34,595 nt of DNA from an uncultured Methanosarcinales archaeon (GTDB lineage: Archaea > Nanobdellota > Nanobdellia > Woesearchaeales > UBA12501). Made by a program: the position numbers and the translations under genes. Below the pieces are notes generated by a model that was not told where the DNA came from, searched no databases, and worked only from the letters and a program-made list of their open reading frames with translations. The DNA is taken from contig CAYNHV010000013.1 of assembly GCA_964397315.1 (NCBI GenBank), forward strand, positions 1 to 34,595, given 5' to 3'. Of this stretch, positions 9,554-18,418 are shown in pieces (positions within the stretch are counted from its first letter, which is position 1; every line of letters begins with the position of its first letter).

Positions 9554-9957
9554 AGGTATTCGGCAGGGCAATAATCGCTGTCATAGCCGCTCTTGTAATA
9601 ATCACCTTAGCTGCCCTCGGGTTTGTGGAGGACCTGTGCGTTGACAACTGCACAATACCCCTTGCACTGTTCCTGTCTATTACAATACTGATGAGCGCGG
9701 CCATAATCATAATGCTTGTTCTTCTTTCAAAACAGTTCAGCACTCAGCTAAGCAGTGTCATGAGGATTCTGATAGGGGGCTTTTCCTTGATTCTAGCATC
9801 CCAGATGATGATGTTTGTGGTCAACGTAGTGGGGGTCAGCCAGCACAAGCTTGCTAATACTCTCATGATTGAAAGGGGCGCTGTCTCAATATCCCTCATC
9901 CTCATCCTAATAGGGTTTTATAAGATGAACCTTATAATAAGCAAGGTCAGGAGATAA
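9550..9957 (+). CDS. Hypothetical membrane protein (about 4 TM)
   Basis: Four hydrophobic segments; ATGA overlap with the response regulator gene. Confidence 0.7.
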   Translation: MKVFGRAIIAVIAALVIITLAALGFVEDLCVDNCTIPLALFLSITILMSAAIIIMLVLLSKQFSTQLSSVMRILIGGFSLILASQMMMFVVNVVGVSQHKLANTLMIERGAVSISLILILIGFYKMNLIISKVRR

Positions 9958-10176
9958 AACAAGATTTCTCAAATCTGCATTCTTAAAGCCCAGGCTATGC
10001 TTTTTTGTGACAGAAAATTATAAAAATATTTTTCTAATTTTTATTTAAATATGATAGACATAATTTTTATACAGAAAGATATTTATATTAGTTGTATTAC
10101 TAAAGTTATAAAAATAGCTCATCAGGGCTTTTGGCTTTGATATTAGGACGCCTGAAAAAACAGAGAGCCACCCCCA

Positions 10177-10332
10177 ATGAAAAAGGTCAATATAGGGCTA
10201 AAGCCTGAAATCCACAAGAAAGCCAAGATTATTTCTACTCTAAAGGGCGTAACATTAAGCAGCTATCTTGAAAAGGCAATAGATGAATCTGTGAAGAAGG
10301 ATGAGAATATCCTGAGGGATATAAAAGAATGA
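10177..10332 (+). CDS. Small ribbon-helix-helix DNA-binding protein, 51 aa (not in ORF track)
   Basis: Translates as MKKVNIGLKPEIHKKAKIISTLKGVTLSSYLEKAIDESVKKDENILRDIKE, a strand-helix-G-helix RHH pattern. Its TGA overlaps the next ATG (ATGA at 10329-10332). Confidence 0.75.
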   Translation: MKKVNIGLKPEIHKKAKIISTLKGVTLSSYLEKAIDESVKKDENILRDIKE

Positions 10333-13220
10333 AAGCAGGCAATCCAGCAAAAAAGAGGAAAACAGTGATTATGGCAGTCATGTTCGCTGTAATGACGGCT
10401 CTCACAGCCCAGATATGCAGTGCTGCTGACACAACCCCTCCTGAGATCACCTCAGCGCTGCCATCAGGAAAGTTCGCCAACTCAGACATAACCCTTGAGG
10501 TGAGGACTGACGAGAATGCCTCATGCAGGTATGGCACTTCAGACACTGCATACTCCTCAATGACAGGCTCTCTGTCCGCAGAAAGCGCCACTCTCCACAC
10601 AAGGGATATCGGAAGCCTGCCCGACGGCAACCACATCTATTACTCAAGATGCAACGACACCTCAGGCAATGTAATGACAGAGTCTGCTGTCATCAACTTT
10701 ACAATAGACACAACACCTCCTGCAATAACCTCCTATGAGCCTAGGGGGACAATAACCACATCCTCAACAGTATTCACTGTCCTGACCAATGAGACATCAG
10801 AGTGCAGGTTTGACACAACAAGCGGAAAGAGCTTCAGCAGCATGAACAGGACATTTGACACCAGCAATTCAACAAACCACTCAACGGTCCTGGAGGGCCT
10901 CACAGACGGGACATACCATTATTATGTGAAATGCAGGGACGAAGTGGGCAACACCCAGGGTGATTACGATGCAGCATTTACAGTTGACATAAGCACAACA
11001 GCTGAGATAACACTCAGCGATCCTTCCCCTGTCAAAGAGGGAATCATAAAGGTGACTCTGGTTACATCAAAGAACATGCAGCACACCCCCTCGCTCTCCT
11101 ATACGCTCAGCGACGCTCCGCCCTCAATGGATGTGGTGACAAGAAGCGTTCCATTGAGCGGCTCAGGCAATCTCTGGAAGGGATACATGGCAATAGCAAA
11201 GTCAGACCATGACAGGATAGGCGAGTTCAAGCTTGTTGGAACAGACATAAACGGAGACCAGGTCACCACAATAAAGTCGGGCAGCGTGTTTGTTGTTGAC
11301 ACCCACAAGCCGCCGATTGTTGAGAGCATCCAGGCGTCTGCAGAGCCCGACGGGTGCATAAAGCTGGAATGGTATTATGATGGGGAGGAACCAGACCATT
11401 TTGGCATATACAGGTCAACATCATCAGGTGTTGAGAAGATACACCTTTTTGACGAGACAGAAGATGAGATATATTATGACTGCTCTGCAGTGAGCAGGAC
11501 AACCTATTATTACAAGGTCTCAGTTACAGACATGGCAGGCAATGAGGGGGACCTCTCTGTTGAGGTCAAGGAGACAGCAAAGGTTAACGGCTCTGAGCCA
11601 GGCAGCACATCAGAAGAGCCTGATAAAAGCCAGAGCGGCCTGTCTGCTGAGCTGCAGCCTGCTGTGGACTCATACCTGAGGAGCATAGACAGCCTTATTG
11701 AGGAGCTTGAGAAGGCAAAGAAAGACGCAAAGGACTACTCAGGCTCTGTTAAGGACGCATCAGAATACATCGGGTTTGAGAACAGGATAGACAAGGCAAT
11801 AGCAGAGCTTGAGAATCTCAATGACAAAGCCAAGAGGCTGAAAGAAAGGGACTTGTCCAGAGAGAGGCTTGAGGATGAGCTTGACAGCATAGACAGCAGG
11901 ATGACAGAGCTGGAGGAGAGCACGCCTGTGGGGATTTCAATAAAAGAGAAGATTCCCCTTGAGGGTGCAGCATCAGAAGAGTCTTTTATGAGCGTCATGA
12001 AGGCGCTGTTTGACAAGTACGGGCTTGACAGGGATAAATATAACCTTAAAGGGAGAGTCAAGGAAAGCATGAACTTGCAGGATATGGTAAGTATGGAGTC
12101 AGAGGCAATCAAGATCAGCATGGAATTCCTTGACAGCTCAACCAGCACATGGACCATGGTGAGCAGGAAAATCTCAGTCAAGCCCGATGATATAGGGCAT
12201 TTCAACAACACGCTTGTTGCAGAAGCGCTTCCAAAGGAGGAGATATCAACTACAGGGGAGATAAACTCAGAAGAAAGGCACATTGTGATAAAAGAAGATC
12301 CCATGCTTGCATGGAAGACAGACTTCTCAAAAGACAGCCAGCTTGAATTTTCCTATTATGCAGAGAAGGACTTCAACCCCTCATCAGCAAGCTCAATGAT
12401 TATTGTTGACCCCACCTACGCCTCAGAGGACAAGGGCCTGCTGAACTCCCTCACAGGCCTCATAACCTATGAGAACATGAAAAAGCCGGGGTTCTACACA
12501 TTCATGCTCATAATAATCATAATAGGGCTTCTGGCTTATTACCTGTTCTTTCTGGACAGCGGAGAGAGCAGGATAGAGCCAAAAGAAAGCAGCCAGCCAG
12601 GCAAAGGCAGGGGGATTCTTGGCGGCGCGGCTGCCGCAATAACATCCTTCGGAAAAAGGCTGGCTTCTGGCAGCAGAAGCCCCTCAATATCCAGGGCAGG
12701 GGATGACTACCTTAACCTGCTGATGAGCAACGAGGCTGTTGAGGAGTACTCCTCAGCAGGCCTTGAAAGCCTGAAGGACAACAGCTTCAGGGAAATATTT
12801 GAGAAGGCTGACACAAGCATAAACAACCTTGATTTTGACTCAGCAAGCAGGGCCTACTTCATAATGATATCAAAATACAACTCACTCCAGGAGGCAGGGA
12901 AGCTTCACCTTGTGCCTGACCTTGATGAAGTCCATGACCTGATGAACAGGGTTTATGACAAGCTGATGCTTCACGCGAGGATAAGAGAGGCAGAGGCATA
13001 TTCAGAAAGGGGGGATTATGTCAGCCTCAGGCACGTGCTTAACAGGATAGCGGACTTGTACAACAAAATGGTCAATGTTTACAAGGAAAACGATTCCAGG
13101 CTTCTTACATACGCGAGAGAAACCCACAGCGCAAACTCCCTGCGGATAATAAACAACAGCCAATCAAACTTGAGACAGGCATCAGAAGGAGGTGTCCAGC
13201 AGGGCGGGCAGCAGAATTGA
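10329..13220 (+). CDS. Large secreted, membrane-anchored protein (Ig-like repeats, FN3-like domain, coiled coil, TM, cytoplasmic helical domain)
   Basis: Signal peptide; two DTTPP-initiated Ig-like repeats; YYYKVSVTDMAGNEG FN3 motif; heptad-rich segment; TM FMLIIIIIGLLAYYLFFL. Confidence 0.8.
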   Translation: MKAGNPAKKRKTVIMAVMFAVMTALTAQICSAADTTPPEITSALPSGKFANSDITLEVRTDENASCRYGTSDTAYSSMTGSLSAESATLHTRDIGSLPDGNHIYYSRCNDTSGNVMTESAVINFTIDTTPPAITSYEPRGTITTSSTVFTVLTNETSECRFDTTSGKSFSSMNRTFDTSNSTNHSTVLEGLTDGTYHYYVKCRDEVGNTQGDYDAAFTVDISTTAEITLSDPSPVKEGIIKVTLVTSKNMQHTPSLSYTLSDAPPSMDVVTRSVPLSGSGNLWKGYMAIAKSDHDRIGEFKLVGTDINGDQVTTIKSGSVFVVDTHKPPIVESIQASAEPDGCIKLEWYYDGEEPDHFGIYRSTSSGVEKIHLFDETEDEIYYDCSAVSRTTYYYKVSVTDMAGNEGDLSVEVKETAKVNGSEPGSTSEEPDKSQSGLSAELQPAVDSYLRSIDSLIEELEKAKKDAKDYSGSVKDASEYIGFENRIDKAIAELENLNDKAKRLKERDLSRERLEDELDSIDSRMTELEESTPVGISIKEKIPLEGAASEESFMSVMKALFDKYGLDRDKYNLKGRVKESMNLQDMVSMESEAIKISMEFLDSSTSTWTMVSRKISVKPDDIGHFNNTLVAEALPKEEISTTGEINSEERHIVIKEDPMLAWKTDFSKDSQLEFSYYAEKDFNPSSASSMIIVDPTYASEDKGLLNSLTGLITYENMKKPGFYTFMLIIIIIGLLAYYLFFLDSGESRIEPKESSQPGKGRGILGGAAAAITSFGKRLASGSRSPSISRAGDDYLNLLMSNEAVEEYSSAGLESLKDNSFREIFEKADTSINNLDFDSASRAYFIMISKYNSLQEAGKLHLVPDLDEVHDLMNRVYDKLMLHARIREAEAYSERGDYVSLRHVLNRIADLYNKMVNVYKENDSRLLTYARETHSANSLRIINNSQSNLRQASEGGVQQGGQQN
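10428..10985 (+). repeat. Two intragenic Ig-like repeats of about 93 aa
   Basis: DTTPPEITS...CRY...H...LPDGNHIYYSRCND..GN versus DTTPPAITS...CRF...H...LTDGTYHYYVKCRD..GN; units start at 10428 and 10707. Confidence 0.8.
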
Positions 13221-13286
13221 GCTAACCTGCCTGATAATCCCTGCCAATCCTGTTCTCTCCTATTCTCTCAGCAGGCAGTTATAAGA

Positions 13287-14501
13287 TTATCTTGCTCTTT
13301 TCTTTTTCTTGATTATTATGAGAAGCAGTATCACAGCAAGGGCCGCGAGCAGCAGCACAAGAGGGGAAAAGCCTGAGCTGTCCTCCTTGTTGCCGGAGCC
13401 CCTGGCATTTATCACTCCCATCCTCTCCTCTGTCTTCTTGTTGTTGTAAACAACATAGCCGTGGGCTTCATACCTGCCTTCCTTTTCAGGCGTGAAATAC
13501 ACTGTGAAATTCTCACCCTCTCCCGGAGGAACCTCCAGCTCCTCAGACTCAATGCTGGTTATTACCTCATCCCCAAGCCGGACATCCCCTACGAACTTGG
13601 CGAGCACGCTCTTGTTGCCTGTGTTGTGGAAGACAGCTGTTAGGGGAACAGTGTCTCCTTTATCAACCCAGATATCATTTAATATTGTCTCAAGATTTCC
13701 CTCTGAGGAGAAAGCGCCCTCCTCAACTATGTCAAAGGTCACTGTCTTGTTGGAACCACACTCGTCCAGGCTGACTTCAGCCCAGTACTGGCCTGTTTGA
13801 AGCTGGCTTGTGGGGACACTCACGATCATCATCCTGTCCTGTGACGGCGCTATCTCGCTGGCATGAGTCTGGAAGGAGCTTTTGACCGCTGTCATGTTCT
13901 GGTCCCATATCCTGACCTCAACTTCAGGCTCAAACCTTATGTTGCCGTCATTCATCAGCCTGAACCTGAGCTGGGCCTCGCTGCCCTGTTCAATATCATG
14001 TATGCTAAAGCTTCCTGCCCTGCATTTCTTTATCTCAACATCAGTTATTCTAACCTCAACCTTAAGGTCCACTGCAGCCCTGACAGCAGAGCCCACCTCT
14101 CCCTCTACACCCCCCAGGGCTGTGGTAACCAGCCTTATGTTTCCAGTGTAGAGGCCGTTGCTGACATCATCAGGAGGCCTTATTATCACTTTGGTCTTGT
14201 AAGGGCTGTCTTTTGAGACTGTGAAATTATCCTCTGAGAGGCGTATCCAGCTGCTTATCTCGCTGCTCATGATCTGCGCATCAATTCCTACGTTCCTTTC
14301 AGATGATGTGGTTACGGTCACGCTCCTCTCATAGTACCCTCCCCTGAGCATTTCATCTGCCTTTACGATACCAGGGCTTGCGCCTATGCTTACAGCAAGG
14401 GCAGAGGAAACTGTTATTACAAGCATCAGGAGGGCGGTTAGGGAGAATGCTGCCAGCCTTAAAGCTGAGCCAGAAGAGAGATTGTTTTCCTGTTTTCTCA
14501 T
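13287..14501 (-). CDS. Secreted multi-Ig protein with C-terminal membrane anchor (DUF916/WxL-interacting or chaperone-like architecture)
   Basis: Signal peptide then VSIGASPG; three beta-rich domains (NDGN, GQYWA, NTGN, GRYEA); C-terminal TM plus KKKKRAR. Confidence 0.7.
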   Translation of the reverse strand: MRKQENNLSSGSALRLAAFSLTALLMLVITVSSALAVSIGASPGIVKADEMLRGGYYERSVTVTTSSERNVGIDAQIMSSEISSWIRLSEDNFTVSKDSPYKTKVIIRPPDDVSNGLYTGNIRLVTTALGGVEGEVGSAVRAAVDLKVEVRITDVEIKKCRAGSFSIHDIEQGSEAQLRFRLMNDGNIRFEPEVEVRIWDQNMTAVKSSFQTHASEIAPSQDRMMIVSVPTSQLQTGQYWAEVSLDECGSNKTVTFDIVEEGAFSSEGNLETILNDIWVDKGDTVPLTAVFHNTGNKSVLAKFVGDVRLGDEVITSIESEELEVPPGEGENFTVYFTPEKEGRYEAHGYVVYNNKKTEERMGVINARGSGNKEDSSGFSPLVLLLAALAVILLLIIIKKKKRAR

Positions 14502-14639
14502 GCATACACCCCCTGTTTTAGCCTCAAAGCAATATCAAAAAACATCAAAAAGCAGGAGAGATGGTATAACCCTTATATAAAAAGCTTTCTGCTTTATCTC
14601 ACTCAAACTCTGGTACACATTGTCTGATACATCCAGCTA

Positions 14640-17099
14640 TCATCCTGTGTCCCACACTCCAGTAACTGTTATGATGCCATTGCACCTGCCTGCCGCGCCT
14701 CCTGACACATTGATCCTCCAGTAGGTGTCTCTTGTGGAGTTTGTCAGGTTTGTTCTTGGAGCCAGGCTCAGGTTGTTCTCAATCGTGGGCGTGTCACTCA
14801 GCTGCTTCATGAGAGAGTAGTCAGAGCCCGGGCCTGACATGTTATACCTGAGATTGGATACTGGAATGGAAGGGATTGTTCCTGCAGAGCAGTTCATCGC
14901 ATTGCCATCCCCGTCAGACGAGCCATACCCATCCATTGTCACATCTATCCTCAGGTTGCCCAGGTTTGTTATCCTGAACATCTCTTCAGGAGACACAAGT
15001 CCCACGTCAAGGAGGCCGAAATCAAGAAGGGGAGGGATGTCAAGCGCAATAAGAGGGTTGACCGTTGCCTGGTCAACTCCCCTGCCTCTTGAGCCGTGTG
15101 AGTCTGTTGCATTGATCACACACCTCCACGTGCCGTTGTAAGCGTAGTAGGCCATCCTGAAAGGGCAGTTCAGCTCAACATCCTCTCCTGATCCGTCATA
15201 AAGGAGGCATGAGCTCGTGTAGTGGGTGTTGTTGTCATCTGCATCTGTCTCATAGGAAAGATCCTCGTGGTAGAGGTATGCTGTTGCATTCATTATATCC
15301 TCATAGCCGTTTGGGTCTGATGCTGTTGCTGTGCAGTTTACCTGCCTCACAGATCCTGCTGAGAGGTCTATCTCGTCAAGCGGTGACGGAGACTCATCAT
15401 CCACAACAACATTAGTCACAGAAGGAGGCGAATTCTTAATCTGCACAAACTCAACCTCTGATATGTGCAGCTCTTTTTGGGGACCATCTATTGAAACAAG
15501 CCTTACCCTGTAGAACCCCTCGCCGTCAAGCTGGTGCACTATCGGTGTTATGTCAACCTCCTGCCAGCCGCTTGATGAAGTTGTCTGCGAGTCAATGTAC
15601 CCTGTTGTGTTGATGTTGTTGCCATCCGGGAGATATACATAAACCCTGTACTCAAAAGGATCAGAGTCACCCCACAGGGTGTAGAACCTGAGGTGGATGT
15701 TGGTGTAGTTTGATGGATCCGAGTTTTTCTTTATTGAAAGTATGCTGTCCCTTCTTCCCCTGCCTTCCTCTATATAATTGTCTCCTGTGCTCGTGTTGCC
15801 GTCATGCAGTAGGGGGCTGTCTATTGGAGGGCCGTTAAAGTCATCAGGGTCAAGATGCGCGTCAATATCGCTTATGTTATACACAATGTCAGCGCCTGTC
15901 CTCTCCACAGTCCAGGGCTCTATTGTTATCGGGTTTGGATCGCAGAATCCTGAACCGTCGCAGCAGGTTGCCCTGTCATTATAGTTCGTGCCTATATCAG
16001 AGTATTGTGTTGTGTAGGAGCATGATGGTGTTGTGTCATCTGAATTGGTTCCTGAGCATATAAGGTCATTCCCGCTTGTTCCAGCATCGCAGGATGGGGA
16101 ATTCTCCCTGCAAACAACAAGCCTGAAAAGGTCTCCGCTGTCAGGGTCTGTGCAGCTTGCGGTAAAGGTTATCATCTCCCCATTATAAACCGGACCGTCA
16201 TTAGTTACAGGGCCTGTTATGTTCGGAGGTGTTGGTGGAGGCAGCACCTGCCACATGTCCACACTCTCATGGGCGGGATCGCAGAGGTTCTCATCATCAC
16301 AGCACGTTCCAATGTCCCCTGTATGATTGCCGATGTCAGACTCTGTTGTGGTGTAGGAGCATGAGGGTGTGGTGTCCTTGCTGTTGGTGCCGTTGCAGAG
16401 CACGCTATCTGCAGGAGTTGAAGTGTTGCAGTATGATGTTCCATTGCAAACCAGAAGCCTGAAGTAATCTCCTGGCTCTGGATCGTCAGGGTCTGTGCAG
16501 TTTCCTGTGAAGGTTATCTGCTGTGTTGCTGTCACAGGCCCGTCATTTGTGACATTGCCTGTTATGTTGGGAGGATTGTTGAATTCTGTGTAATTGACCT
16601 CAACAGGAATATAATAGATCCTGTGCCATCTCGTTGCTGGCGGCCCACCTGAATCTGATATTCTCGCATTGATAATAAGAGAGCTTAATTCCGATGGCTC
16701 ATCTATGAATGATGAGATGTCAATGACCTCTTCTGTGGGGCAGGATCCTGGGTTTGAAGATATGTAGTCTGAAGACCATGCGCTGCCGTTCCACGCTCTA
16801 AAGCGCACTGCTATCAGTGCAGTGCCTACACAATGCTTTACTCTCAGCTTGACTGAGTTGATTGTGCGGATGCTGCTGGTGTCTATGCTGTAGCCTGACC
16901 AGTTGCCTGAAGCCCCAAGGTTGGTGCCCTGAGAGTACTGGCTGTCATCAACAAAGGCATTAGCGCAGTCTGCATAATCTCCCTCGCAGCTTGAGGGAGG
17001 AACAGAAATCACTATCACATATGCATTAGCCAGGGCCAGCAGGAGGATTATTACAGCCAGCAGAGCAATGCACAATCCAACCCCCCTTTTCCAAACCAT
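14640..17099 (-). CDS. Large secreted adhesin-like protein whose C-terminal domain is paralogous to the 300-aa neighbour
   Basis: Signal peptide, N-terminal beta domain, two Cys-rich repeats, then about 260 C-terminal aa aligning with 17222..18124; no C-terminal TM. Confidence 0.8.
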   Translation of the reverse strand: MVWKRGVGLCIALLAVIILLLALANAYVIVISVPPSSCEGDYADCANAFVDDSQYSQGTNLGASGNWSGYSIDTSSIRTINSVKLRVKHCVGTALIAVRFRAWNGSAWSSDYISSNPGSCPTEEVIDISSFIDEPSELSSLIINARISDSGGPPATRWHRIYYIPVEVNYTEFNNPPNITGNVTNDGPVTATQQITFTGNCTDPDDPEPGDYFRLLVCNGTSYCNTSTPADSVLCNGTNSKDTTPSCSYTTTESDIGNHTGDIGTCCDDENLCDPAHESVDMWQVLPPPTPPNITGPVTNDGPVYNGEMITFTASCTDPDSGDLFRLVVCRENSPSCDAGTSGNDLICSGTNSDDTTPSCSYTTQYSDIGTNYNDRATCCDGSGFCDPNPITIEPWTVERTGADIVYNISDIDAHLDPDDFNGPPIDSPLLHDGNTSTGDNYIEEGRGRRDSILSIKKNSDPSNYTNIHLRFYTLWGDSDPFEYRVYVYLPDGNNINTTGYIDSQTTSSSGWQEVDITPIVHQLDGEGFYRVRLVSIDGPQKELHISEVEFVQIKNSPPSVTNVVVDDESPSPLDEIDLSAGSVRQVNCTATASDPNGYEDIMNATAYLYHEDLSYETDADDNNTHYTSSCLLYDGSGEDVELNCPFRMAYYAYNGTWRCVINATDSHGSRGRGVDQATVNPLIALDIPPLLDFGLLDVGLVSPEEMFRITNLGNLRIDVTMDGYGSSDGDGNAMNCSAGTIPSIPVSNLRYNMSGPGSDYSLMKQLSDTPTIENNLSLAPRTNLTNSTRDTYWRINVSGGAAGRCNGIITVTGVWDTG
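15906..16574 (-). repeat. Two intragenic Cys-rich repeats of about 110 aa
   Basis: Both read PPNITG.VTNDGPV....ITFT..CTDPD...D.FRL.VC...DTTPSCSYTT..SDIG...TCCD....CDP; units 16245-16574 and 15906-16229, 8 Cys each. Confidence 0.88.
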
Positions 17100-17183
17100 C
17101 CTCAGGATAATATTACAGTCCCTTATATATGGTTTTTGGTCTGAAGCAGGAGGTAAAATGATATTCTTTCATGCAAGGATGAC

Positions 17184-17216
17184 ATAAAAAGAAAAGAAAT
17201 AAAAAACAAAAAATAA
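17184..17216 (-). terminator. U-rich archaeal terminator after the 300-aa subunit gene
   Basis: Minus strand reads TTATTTTTTGTTTTTTATTTCTTTTCTTTTTAT just after the stop codon. Confidence 0.6.
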
Positions 17217-17221
17217 TGTGT

Positions 17222-18124
17222 TCAGCCCAGTATTGCTGCTATGTTCACTGTTCCATTGCAGGTTCCTGCTGCTCCTCCTGAAACATTGAACTTCCAGTAG
17301 GTATTCTGGGTTGACGGGCTAAGGTCGTCAAACCTCTGCAGCAGGTCAAATGCAGTCTCTGTGAATGCAGTGTCTGTCAGCGCTGTCATTGTGGAATAGC
17401 CGTCTCCTGTATCAGATATGTTGTACCTGATGTTCTCAAGAGGTATCCCTGGGTTTGTTCCGTCTGTGCAGTTCATTGAAAGCCCGTCTCCGTCCACTAC
17501 ACCATAGCCGTCAAGATTTATGTCCATGTTCTGGTTGCCTGTGTTGTTGATGTTCTGCGCAACGTCTGTCGCTGAAGGGGTTCCAACCTGCAGTGTTCCG
17601 AAATCTATGACTCCTGGCATGTCAAGGGCAACAAGGGACTGGACAACTGACGTGTCTGTTCCATTGTCAGTAAGGTCTGCCTGGTCTGCCACTCTCAGGT
17701 TGCATGTCCATGTTGTGGCGTTTGCGTAATACCACACTTCAAAAGTGCAGTTCACTGCAGCCTCTATCCCTGAGCCCATGCTCACTCCGCAGCTTGAATT
17801 TGTGTAATGCGCGTTGTTGTCGTCTGCTGCTCCAAGACTGCTTGAGTCGTCGTATATGGTGGCGTTGGTAACCACTATGTCTGTCCATCCGTTTGGGTCC
17901 TTTACTCTGGCATCGCAGTGGACTGTTTTTGTTGTTCCCTCCACCAGGTCAATCTCGTCTGCTGGCGAGGCAACATCATCCTCCAGCGTGACTGCAATCA
18001 CGTTTGGAGAGACATTCGCCACTGCAGCTCTTGATTCTGCCTGGTCAGCTGTTGCCATATAAGCTGCCATGGACAGCACAATCACCAGAATCAAAGAACC
18101 CAGCAATGCTTCTTTCTTTCTCAT
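17222..18124 (-). CDS. Secreted two-domain beta protein, candidate major fibre subunit
   Basis: Class I signal peptide (..AYMATA/DQ), acidic, six Cys, about ten N-x-S/T sequons, C-terminus TYWKFNVSGGAAGTCNGTVNIAA, no anchor; strong SD GGAGGTG. Confidence 0.8.
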   Translation of the reverse strand: MRKKEALLGSLILVIVLSMAAYMATADQAESRAAVANVSPNVIAVTLEDDVASPADEIDLVEGTTKTVHCDARVKDPNGWTDIVVTNATIYDDSSSLGAADDNNAHYTNSSCGVSMGSGIEAAVNCTFEVWYYANATTWTCNLRVADQADLTDNGTDTSVVQSLVALDMPGVIDFGTLQVGTPSATDVAQNINNTGNQNMDINLDGYGVVDGDGLSMNCTDGTNPGIPLENIRYNISDTGDGYSTMTALTDTAFTETAFDLLQRFDDLSPSTQNTYWKFNVSGGAAGTCNGTVNIAAILG

Positions 18125-18242
18125 GTTTGGTGCACCTCCTTTTTGTAGTCTTGAACTATAACTATAGTCCCATTAAAACCCTTTCTCTGGCCTGTCTCTG
18201 CACTCAACCACCAAACACGAATAGTGTTTCATATATGCAAAA

Positions 18243-18281
18243 GCATATACTGGCATATACATGGAAGGGATTATATATAAA
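18243..18281 (-). promoter_or_regulatory. TATA box and tandem direct repeat upstream of the subunit gene
   Basis: TTTATATA (18281-18274, minus strand); GCATATAC twice at 18243 and 18253 (10-bp period) around the inferred start site. Confidence 0.5.
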
Positions 18282-18418
18282 TGTTTCGTTTTTTTCTCCA
18301 TTCAAGGGAGATAACCATAATCCCTTAATTTTATCCCGTATAACGCAAAATATGGCTGTTCAGAGCGAATATTTAACTTTCTGATATAAAGATTTATATA
18401 TGTAAATGAGATACTTCA

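Noticed and set aside
17222..18124. Type IV pilin/archaellin or S-layer identity for the 300-aa protein
   Set aside because: No class III signal peptide, no pilus ATPase or TadC gene in the window, and no C-terminal TM or PGF anchor.
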